64,000 nt of DNA from Eledone cirrhosa (lineage: Eukaryota). Both the position numbers and the translations under genes were made by a program. Position 1 is the first letter of the stretch. Each line of letters begins with the position of its first letter. Shown piece after piece: positions 53,538 to 64,000 of this stretch. The notes under the pieces are model-generated. The model was not told the DNA's origin, did not search any database, and worked only from the letters and a program-made list of their open reading frames with translations. The DNA is taken from NCBI GenBank assembly GCA_964016885.1, contig OZ024740.1, forward strand, positions 223,510,001 through 223,574,000, given 5' to 3'.

Positions 53538-53642
53538 TCCGAGGTTAACTTTGCCTTTCATCCTTACGAGGTCGATAAAATAAAGTACCAGTAATGCGCT
53601 GGGATAATTGCTGGCCTTGTACCTATATAAGAAACCATTATT
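53538..53642 (+). mobile_element. 5'-truncated young SINE
   Basis: CCGAGGTTAACTTTGCCTTTCATCCTTACGAGGTCGATAAAATAAAGTACCAGTAATG...AGAAACCATTATT. Confidence 0.8.
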
Positions 53643-53842
53643 ACATTACCAATCGTTTTAACTATTTACAAGCAAATATCTAATGATTCTCTCCATCAGT
53701 GCAGGAGCTAACAACTTGTTATCCATGGACTTTAAGGATCTGAAAATGTCCTCGGGGACCATAATCATGTGGAGTAAAAAGACCTTTTAAAAAATTGAGT
53801 TTGGGGAGAAAATTAATTTAAGATTATGATGATGCATTAGGG

Positions 53843-54095
53843 CAGGCATGTAAAACTAAGGGTACCCCGAGGGCCACATGGGTCACATATGTGTTGTCTG
53901 AGGAGCACACACGATAACTCATTGCACACATTACAACTAATTTTTTTTATTTTATAGTACAAAGATAAAACATGCTCTTGCTGTAAATACCTTTGAGCGG
54001 GCTGCATGTGTGCATGTAAAGAGCCACATGTAGCTCACGGGCGGCATGTGGCTCTTTACACGCATACATGTAGCCCGTGGGCGGCATGTTTGCTT
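53843..54095. mobile_element. hAT (Charlie-like) non-autonomous relic
   Basis: CAGGCATGT..AACT...GGGCCACATG at the left and CATGTAGCCCGTGGGCGGCATGTTTG at the right, with internal GCCACATG repeats. Confidence 0.45.
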
Positions 54096-55652
54096 TGCGT
54101 GCATTAAAGTTTTTTGCTTTCATCTGAATTTTAGTTGAATATATTTGATTCCATTCACACATACCTCATGCTTTCTCTCATAAAAAATTTATTAATTTTC
54201 TCTCTCACACATATACAAGTCTCTCCTTGTTCACTCAACAATTAAACTATATTTTGTTTTTGTTATTTTTTAATGATGGATAAACTAGACATTTCAAAAC
54301 AGCTTTTGCAATATACAAGGCCTTGTGAAGTCAAAATTAGTGAAACGGGAGTTATTTAATGTCGTGTACGCAAATTACACAGACTCTCCTTTCTTTCATC
54401 TTTATATTCATCCCTGTAATTTTACAAGTTTACAATTTACCGATATATTTTTTTTATTTTACCAATGTTTTTGGTAAGGATTTCAATACAATGATTGAAG
54501 CAGATTTTAATTAGATTATGGTAGCTTCTATTTCCACATCATGGTTAAAGTCAACATAAAAGGATATTTGATTTATATATTTTCAGGATGTTTTGAATGT
54601 TTCTCACTGACAGAAAAATAACCCTAGCGAGACAATTGTTCGTTAAAAAAATAACTATATTGATATGAAATATTAGGTGCAGAATTAGTGTGCAGTCTTT
54701 AGAACATAGGTTAAAAATCATTTGAATACTTGTTCTGGTTCTTTGCATTCTGATTTCAAATTTCACTCTGGTCTACTTGGACAGTAATCTTAATCCATTA
54801 ACAAATTTAATGACATAGCCCTAGGCATCTTGTGTGATGATGTCTTCTGCCATTCCACCAACAAGTCTTGGACACCCTGAAAACATTCATAAGCCTTGCT
54901 CTTTCCTCCCTGATTAAACAGTAAAAGTATAAATTAAATCATCTTGAATTATATTTGTGCAATCGTTTAAAATGGTGATTGAAGTTAAACCATGATATAG
55001 CTCGAACCAGATAGGAAAATGTAGTATTATGACCTCTTGCAGTACAAAGACTGGTGGAAGTATGATTGAACATTATCATCAAAACAAAGACTTAACCTGA
55101 ATGCTTGCAATAAAGGAGACCCTGCTAAAGGCACCCAAGATATCAGCTGAAGAATTCATGCTTTGAACCCACTGGCCCAGTATTCTGGTCCCAATGATAT
55201 TTGGCAATATCCTCTCAACCCAATATTTGATTCTGTCACTCATCTGTTTACTACTATTATTGCCATCCCCTTCTCTATGTATGAGAGATTGTTTCATATT
55301 TGTTATATTGTTTCCAGATTTAATTGAGCAATATCATGTTTAGTGATTTTTGTAGGGATACTCAGAGCTGGAAACTACAGGTATGCCTTGGGTTCAGAGT
55401 TTAAAGGGTTAAACTGGCTAAGTCAAACAGCAAAGAAAGGTACAGTCCATTTTATAGGCCTTACAAGGCTTTTATCAACATCATGCTTTAATAGAAGACT
55501 CTTGCCTAATGTGTAGCACAGTGGGGTATTAAACCCAGAACCATTGATAAGCAAGGTTTTTAACTATACAGCCATGCCTAGACCCATGTTATCTTGAATC
55601 AATTTTTTTAAGCACTAAAGTGTTATGTCAACACCGATTTTGAAATACTTAA

Positions 55653-55869
55653 CCCTATAGCATTTAAACCGGCCATATTTGCCCAAAATTCTCTCACCTC
55701 TTTCTGTTCAAACCAGTTGTAACTGATCACTCATACCAATGTTAACATATTGTTCTCAAATTAATATTAAAATCTTTTAGATTCGATATTATGTGAGATA
55801 ATTATGTGAGATTAAGCCTTCTCTGTGAAAATACAATAATAAATATAGAATAATGTGAATGTTAAAGGG
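55653..55869. mobile_element. TTAA-flanked MITE (piggyBac-type ends)
   Basis: TTAA-CCCTATAGCATT ... AATGTTAAAGGG-TTAA: 12-bp imperfect TIRs with a TTAA duplication. Confidence 0.7.
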
Positions 55870-58800
55870 TTAAATTATAAATAGCAGCATTAGTATCATT
55901 ATCAGTTATGTTGGAAATCTTAGCTCCATTACATATTGAGGGTAACTTCAATTTTTATGGACCATACTTTGAAAGTTATAGATTTTTGTCAATAGTAGAT
56001 AACAATAGAAAAATAGGAAATTCTTTAAATACTATTAGCTGCATGTTTTACAAAGCTATTTGCCTGTAGATAGTGGGGTTTCGTTTTTCTTTTGTTTTTC
56101 ACCTAATTATTTTGTGTATACATCAAAATTGATACTAATTTGCAACTAATGTTAGCAAAAATAACAAATATTTTAAATTTGTATCCTTGGCTAAAGAATG
56201 TATTAACCTTGTGGGTTCCATGACAAGTTTCTCCATTTTGTCCTTTTCCTCTTCTATCATATTTAGCTATGTCAACTAGGTTATGTATAATCAAAAACCA
56301 AACAAAAACACAAAAAATTTGATCTATTCATTTTGATTGATTTATTTATTATGATCTCCATTGTTTTTTGTTAGTTGTGGTAATGATATATTTTGAAACA
56401 ATGTAGATTAAAAGTTATATTAAAAAACAAAATAAATATTAACCATGCAATAGATAACACAAGCTGCCACATTTTCTACTTCAAGGAGGTAAGAGAAGGG
56501 TGATGTTAGCTGTTTTTACTCATCTAATTTTGACTTTCTAATTAGTATCATTTCGACAAAAGAAATTTTGTTTTGAACTTCGTGATCTAGGAACACATCT
56601 AGAGGCTCTAAGTGTTTATTTTTATCTCTTCAGAATTGATGTTTTCATTTAATTAATTTTATAATCAGATGAGAATTAGTCTTAAAGCTTGTATCTCCCT
56701 GACTCTCTTGTGGCAATTTCAGTAAATAATTGTTTATAAACAGACAGAAAAATGGAACCTAGAGGTGACTAACAGTGATTGGTGTCAAGAGGTTAAACAA
56801 AAAACTATATAACAAACCCATATATCCATAAGTTCAACAAGATGATAAAACCCTGGGACTTATAAAAAACACACCAGTAACAGGGTTTCCACCATCTACT
56901 CTGTGATTGGTTCAGTGACCAGATTACAGTACTGCTAGAACAGTTTGGCACCTCAAGAAATAAATTAAAAGTGAATATAAGAGTTTTGTATATATTTTTA
57001 GATGGCTAGAGTGGCTATTCACGATGTAAATTAATATCTAGTATACACTGAACAATACAAATGCCAGCAATTCATTTACCAAGATAACGAGCTTATATTT
57101 CATCTTTGTCGTGAAGAGTACATAATTAAAAAGTTTAATCTTGTTGCAAATGATGGCCTCACAATCTCTGATGCTTTCGTATGATGAGTTCCCCCCTCCT
57201 ACAAATATCAAGTAAGCGCATCTTAGATCATTCTGTACATACCTCAGGCAGTGATACTGTTACATTCATAAACATTATACCTTGAATTGTCATAAAGCCA
57301 ATTTATTAGCGAAGATTCACTCATTACCTCTTCCCCCGTTATTTCAATGACCTCTGCTTTTTTGAACAAACTAGCTGTAATGCTCTTTGACTCAAGCTAT
57401 TTGATAGACCTGTCCCTACATACTAAGTTGCTGTATGTTGTTATACTGTGTTCAGAATGAGGGATGGAATATATCATTGATATAGGGCTGAATATTTCTG
57501 TTTAGGTTATTTTGTGTTAGGCCACATGACATTGTGTGCCATCTCAACAAACATTTCACAAATATTATTAAACAAGCAGCAGGACCACATTTGTGAGACA
57601 CTAGTGCAATATTATGCTGTTAGAATGTTAGGAAATTGTACATATTACAATGAACATTTGAGTAGGAACCAGAGGGGGTATGTTAACATGCAAGAGGCAT
57701 ATATTTATAGAACTGGGTAGAATGGTAGGAGGAAGGTAAAAAGTCATTGGGGTTCTGTGATGCTGATAACTTCATTATGTGTAATACAAAATTCAGAAAT
57801 TAGGTGAATGTAATCTATCAATCAGGGTTAAACTAGTGCCCTTAATTTGACAAAGTAGAAATAGAGAAAAAAAACTCACAAATATATACCCCTTCCATTG
57901 AGAATATAGTTTCAATCTTCATTTTATGTAAAATTTAAATGTCTATAATGTTGAGATGGTTTTCAGGTGTCCAGATGTGAAACAATATAGATTGTAGAAT
58001 GAAAGTGAAATATCTCATTTGATGGCATATAAACCCAATAGCAGTATTAAGATATATATTTTTTGTAAACATATTGGGAATTTCAAATGCTGTTAAAGCT
58101 CGAAGCTCAACTTCGAATATAATACCAAAATGATTTTATCCTTTTATCCTTTTTTATTAAAAACATGTCATTAAATATGGTAATTGCAACAGAGTCTGTT
58201 TTTGTTTGGAGTTACTCTCCTTCTAGGTGGATTAGCAGACCTTGTCATGCTCATACATTCCAATATTTACATGATTCCTATGGCTAAACACCCTTCCTAG
58301 CATCACCAATTTTACATAATGTACTGGTATATTTTATCATCTATGAAATAAACAATACTATTTTTTTAAAATAGCTTTTATATGCCTCAAAGTTATTAGT
58401 TGGTTTATATCTTATCCTATGTACACATGGCAATGATGATGATGACGGTAAAAAGTTACTCTTTCTTTAAACAATACTTCTTGATTTGTTGGATAACATA
58501 CTTCATACCAAAAAATATTATATGTATATATAAAATCCTTTCAAAGAAATGTTACTGCTGTGTGATATACAAACACTATAAAGGACTGAAGTATTAAGCA
58601 CAATGGAATTGGGTAAAAAAAGAAAGAAAATATATCAATAAATAATATCTTAGGAGTTATTACTTCCAACACAAACAACGGGTAACTTCAAAGATTATTA
58701 TATGTCTGATGAAAGAATATTACAAATTTGTTGACTGTTTGAGAATAAAATATACCTGGAAGGAAATGAAAGAGTAAAAAAAGGAAAAACAAAATGCTAT

Positions 58801-60552
58801 CATGAAAATTAAATAAGAACATTGTTTCAATTTTGAAATGTGAAAGATTTTTCTCTCTTTAAGGTAACTTAAAAGCAATATGAGTCAGAGCTCAAGTATC
58901 GAAATCAAATTTGCTGACATATTTTCTTTCATCATAAGAAGAAAGTAATATGTAGAACATTACTTAAAAGATTCCTGGTGCAGTGGACAATCAAGATAAT
59001 ATTTCATGTTCATGGCGAAAATACTGTCTTTTAAGTTGCTAAAATAACTATATTAGTATTGAGGACCATATACTAGTATTGAAGCATTTGCAGTGAAATA
59101 ACTGAATACTAACAATTGGCATTCATAATCTTAGTGAAATGTTCAATGATATCTCTTCAGAGTGTGTTAAAGTACCAGGGAGAATTATGCTTTACTGTTT
59201 ATTCTTCACAAATTTCATTGTTACAGTTTTTCAAAGTGAAATCTATTAACCATAAAATATTTTTATGTGCACAATATAAAATTATAAATTTTCATATTTC
59301 GTCAGCTGTTGTCAAATTCTAATATCTGTGGAAGAGAATTTGAAGTTCCTTAATATGAGAGATATTATATTTTCAAATATTTGGAAATATATGAGGTCAA
59401 TACTTCAGGATTGACTCTACTGTTCATCATTCTGGGCTTGATATACTTGAATGCACCCTTCACCAAAATCTCTGGCAATGCATCTATGTTAAAAATATTT
59501 GAAAATATTTTCATATCATTATTTTCTAGGGGAATAGAATACAGTTATACATGGATTTTAAAATGAACTTATGAGAAAACAATATTTAAAATGAGATGGA
59601 TGAATTCCAATGCAGTAGCATGCATGCACAATCATCTTCTACTCATTGCATCTTTCACAAATAGTTTTCGCCCTGTATTTGTGTCATTATACTTAACCAT
59701 TGGGAAAATTTGTGTCCTGGGGTGGAATTTAAATTCAGAATGCAAAGTGCCAGAACAGATTCTACAAGACATCTGATCCAATGTTTTAATAATTCTGCCG
59801 GTTAATTGCCATGACTGATATTTTATTGTATCTATTACAATTGATTGAAAAGCAAAGTTCATTTTGGAAGGATTTGAACACAGAGTGCAGAGAACCAGAA
59901 CAAATACTACAAGATATTCTGCTAATAAGCACATAAAACTAATTAATTAGGAAAGCCACAATCAAATTGTGCATTCATTCAAGAATTGGTTTTGTATTCA
60001 GAGTCAGACTAAAGTAGATAGTTAAGAACTCATTACTGAAAGGTTAATATAATAGAGGGAATAGATGTTCTATGAGATTAATACTAATTAATTGTCTGTT
60101 TAGTAGCTAATATAACTATATCAGTATGGAAGCTTTTGTTTAGTGTATAATTAATTAATTTGAATAAATTTGCAATGTAGCATTATTTATGCAAATCGTG
60201 TTAATCAGTTGAGCAAACTTACATCTATTGACTATATATAGTTATTCATCATATTTATCTCCATAAGCAGATTAAATTGTATTCTATCGCTGGTGAGAAT
60301 CAAATATGATTATAAATTGGGAAGATTTGACAAGATTCTAATTTTAATCTTTTTGATACCAAACTACCAGAAACCAGCCCTATTTCTATGATACAAAAAT
60401 GTTTGTACTACAGACATTATTATATTTATCTACAAATCTGTTATCATAAATTTATGCAAAAAACTGAGTTAGGTTATGTCCACAAATAACAGTTTAACAA
60501 TGAGAAATTATTTATATTTCTGAATATTTTCAAATTCTTGTTATGCTGCAAT

Positions 60553-60930
60553 TCTTCTTCTTTTTCTTTTTCTTTTTCTTTTTCTTTTTTTTCTTCCTTT
60601 TCTTCCTTTTCTTCTTTTTCTTCTTTTTCTTATTTTTCTTCTTTTTCTTCTTTTTCTTCTTTTTCTTCCTGTTCTTCCTTTTCTTCTTCTTCCTTTTCTT
60701 CTTGAGGATCATATAGGCAGAGTCAACACTCAAACACTCCTTTTTTGGGGTCTTGTCAGAAGAAACCACTTCCAGCAGATTTGGCTGGATCCTAAAGCGA
60801 GACTAGCCGAGATCATGGATGTTATCCAACCATCTTGCATGAGGTCTACCCCTGGGACTACTGCCAGTTGGTTTTGCCCATAAAAATCTGTCCAATTTTT
60901 CTTTCCTTATACATTCTAACAACATGCCAA
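60553..60930 (-). mobile_element. RTE-like LINE 3' end with expanded (GAA/AAAGAA)n tail
   Basis: Minus strand encodes PRGRPHARWLDNIHDLG*SRFRIQP.LLEVV, resembling the GRP..RW.D.I.DL.WSRLGI.P terminus of RTE ORFs. It runs into a ~150-bp purine tract (60553-60702). Confidence 0.6.
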
Positions 60931-61489
60931 TGGTATCAGTGCTGTGATCTCTCAATTTGAAGAAGTAGCAGCTCTACCTGTAGTGACTCTCTGATCTCTG
61001 AAAAATTCTTGATTATTTAAAGAACTTTCAAATGCCATAGGTAGGGATTATCAATAGAAATATGATAAGAAGTGGATAAATCAGATATTCATTTTTCCTA
61101 ACCTCAGAGGGGAAGAAAAAATACATTTGTTTACAGATGAGAGATTGATATCCCCAGTATATTGTAAAGAAAGAGTTATCTTTAGGAATAGGTAGCTATT
61201 TTAAAACTATCTAGATTACTTTTGTTACCTCTTTGCAAATTCCTTTTCCTGCTGGTGTCAAATATTGCTAAGAATTATATTTCAAAATAAAAATCAGAAA
61301 GAATGCTCTAATGTAATATGTTGATAATTTAGTTACTAATTTTAGAAAGTAATTAGTATTTTCACATGGGAGGATAAATATTACACATGTACCATATATA
61401 CTGATTTGTAATTCATACAAGTAAATGAGTCATTCCCCATTTTACATATATTTACAATGTACCATACATGTATTTTGACATGAGGTTTT

Positions 61490-62267
61490 CTAGCATTGCA
61501 TGTTCTGATAATGTGTAATAATAATATATGTGAATGGCAAAGCATAAATGTACTGAGAGAGAAACTAGGCACAAGAGGAATCAGATGCAGTTTGAAGGAG
61601 GGGAGATTGCATTGGTATAGGCATGTGATGCTTATGAAGATGGCAGCTGTATAAAAAGGGGCAGTGTTCTTAAAGTCGATGGAAGCCATGGAGTGGGGAG
61701 ACCCATGAAGACTTGGGAATGAGGTGATAAAAGCTGACCTTGCCCAGTTGCACCTCTCACAGGTGATGACAAAGGGATGAGATCTCTGGTGTTTCGCAGT
61801 ATTACAGAAGTCCAGATTTCCCATGGGCACAGGCCAAAACTGAAGCATTTAAATAGTATGCACTACACCACCAACCCAACCACTCCTATACATCTCCAAT
61901 GAGGACAGGCTGAAGCATACATCCATTGAAGTCTCTAGTCCACACTGTAAAGTGGTCATGACAGCAACACAGCAAAGAATTGCCCTGCCCACTCTGTAAA
62001 GTGGTCGTGTAAGTGTCACAGCAAAAAACACCCAGTCCACACTATAAAGTTTTCATGTAGGTGTCACAACAAAAAGCACCCAGTAGCCACTGTAAATGAG
62101 GTTAACTTTAGGAAGGGCATCCAGCTGTAGAAACCAAGCCCAAATCAGTTCTGTATGAGCAAGACATGGTCAACTGACCTAGCATTGCCCACAGTAGAAC
62201 AACTCAGGTAACCCATGCTAATGTGGAGAAATGACGTAAAATGGTGATGATGATGATGATGATGATG
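61490..62267 (+). mobile_element. RTE-clade LINE 3' end (ORF C-terminus, 3' UTR, (GAT)n tail)
   Basis: LREKLGTRGIRCSLKEGRLHWYRHVM...GRP..TWE, tandem CACTGTAAAGTGGTC units, AGGAAGGGCATCCAGCTGTAGAAACC, and a (GAT)n tail at ~62246-62266. Confidence 0.8.
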
Positions 62268-62817
62268 GTGGTAAAAAAGATTTTAAGTATATATTAAATC
62301 ATTTATTAAGTAAATTTCATAATCAATGAGATAAAAAGATAAAACACTAATTAAGTTATTGGTAAACATGGAGCAATGCATTCTACAGTGATTTAATTTA
62401 GTATAGAGAAATATAGTTGAACCAAAACAGGATTTGACATTATAACTCTGATAAGCAAGCATAAAATATCTCGGGGCCCCTCTGTAGTATCTAAGTCCTT
62501 TCTTTTTAAATATTAATACATGTTGTAACTACAAATTACAGCAGAAATGTTATGAAAACATATACATGGTTACTTAGTATAACATAACTACTGCATTAAG
62601 GTTTTACAACCTGCAGTTTAAGATTTAACGTCAATTTTCCTTTCTTCGATCTTATGATCATCAGATAACAAACAACACAGATTCTACTATAAATATGAAT
62701 CGAATGCAATTATATTTATCTGAGTAGTGTATCATATATATATATATATATAAATGAAGTAATTCCGTCAGAAAAGTCCAGGAAAAAAGAGTGCTCTATG
62801 TAGGTTACAGAGCTTAA

Positions 62818-63082
62818 TAGTTATGTAATAAACAACATAAGATAATTATTTCATTTACCAATGGTTTCTTGAAAGAAAAGGAAATCCTGGTGTATTTATT
62901 GACAGTGGATATTAAAAACAAAAAATATAATCTAAGATAGATTATATTTTTGTTTTTAAAATCCACTGTCAATAAATACACCAGGATTTTTTCATTCTGA
63001 TGACTGAAAGCAAATTTCTTTTGCTTTCAAGAAACCACTGGTAAATGAAATAATTATCTTAAGTTTTTTTAATACATAACTA
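62818..63082. repeat. 265-bp imperfect palindrome with an unpaired insert in the right arm
   Basis: TAGTTATGTA...AAATCCTGGTGTATTTATTGACAGTGGAT...ATCCACTGTCAATAAATACACCAGGATTT...TACATAACTA. The insert contains CTGATGACTGAAA (62997-63009). Confidence 0.88.
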
Positions 63083-63116
63083 TATAGATATACATATACA
63101 GAGTGGGTAGATTAGG

Positions 63117-63213
63117 GAAAGTAGAGAATCTACTGTGAGCTCAGCAATGTCAGCTACTTTTTGAAGAGGTAACTAGCTGAAGCTACCGAGCTTGCAGTAC
63201 ATTCTCTACTTTC
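63117..63213. repeat. 97-bp imperfect fold-back
   Basis: GAAAGTAGAGAAT/ATTCTCTACTTTC outer stem, TACTGTGAGCTC/GAGCTTGCAGTA middle stem, TCAGCTA/TAGCTGA inner stem. Confidence 0.8.
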
Positions 63214-63217
63214 AATA

Positions 63218-63428
63218 ATATATGTGTGTATGTATATGGCATATATATATATATGTGTGTGTGCATATATATATATGTGTGTGTGTGCATATATGTGTGT
63301 GTGTGTATATTTGTGTGTATATATATATATATGTGTGTGTGTATATGTGTGTATGTATAAGGCGTGTGTGTTTGCATGTATGTATATGGCGTGTGTGTGT
63401 GTATGTATATGGCATATATATATATATA
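63218..63428. repeat. Compound (TA)n/(TG)n microsatellite
   Basis: Direct inspection. Confidence 0.95.
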
Positions 63429-64000
63429 GCAAATGAAAAAAAATGAAATTAACAACTGACACTTATACCTGGCTTATAAGGGAACATCACATAGAATGTT
63501 TCTTGTGTGTTTTAATAATAGTAGTTCCAGTCCTATTATGAAAAGTAACATAAGATCAAGTATCTTGCTCAAGAACATAACACATGGTTTGGTTCAGAAA
63601 TTGAACCCACAGTTTTATGCTCGAGAGCTATACCCACTAACCATTAGGTCATACACCTTCAACTATATATCCGTAGTGTCAATTCACACATAAAATCGAA
63701 ATTTGGGGATAGTTCAGTATTTTGTTTATATATGTAAATGTTCAATATTTGATTTTTGACCGTTCAAAATTTGAATTTTGGATTTGAAAGTGATTGTTTC
63801 TTGAGATCGAGATCAAGGTATATGTGATCAAACTGTATGTGTCCAATTAACTGTATTTCGGACAGCTGACCTACTCCATAAAATCAGAATGACAGCAGCC
63901 CATCTGAGGAAGGAGCCCAGCAAGGTTGGGTGGCTGTTGCAGCAGGTGTCACTGGTCATTGACTACAGAAATGCTTTTTGCAATTGTATCTGTGAGCCAC

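Noticed and set aside
60530-60769. Poly-lysine ORF
   Set aside because: Translation of a (GAA/AAA)n tract at a LINE tail.

Overview
AT-rich, repeat-dense eukaryotic DNA. The tRNA-derived SINE families, RTE 3' ends and long (TA)n/(TG)n tracts resemble octopod cephalopod repeats (recognition from memory, not a database result). I found no convincing host protein-coding gene; every long genuine ORF is from a transposon. Main contents: (1) a non-autonomous Helitron at 1070-2084; (2) a head-to-tail stack of one Tx1/L1-clade LINE family at 8405-16813, made of two rearranged 3' fragments and a full-length copy with an intact 1139-aa ORF2, an ORF1 broken by one stop codon, a structured 5' UTR and an (ATT)n tail; (3) N- and C-terminal relics of CRE-clade non-LTR elements; (4) a Ty3/Gypsy locus at 20745-26357 whose outer LTR ends lie on the minus strand between a CTAG direct repeat while an LTR-PBS-pol-LTR body lies inside on the plus strand; (5) about 4 kb of compound (TA)n(TG)n microsatellite, which produces the spurious long YI/YT/CV ORFs; (6) many SINEs, RTE fragments, MITEs and fold-back palindromes, some with hammerhead-like cores. 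Coordinates were counted by hand, and boundaries of decayed repeats are approximate.
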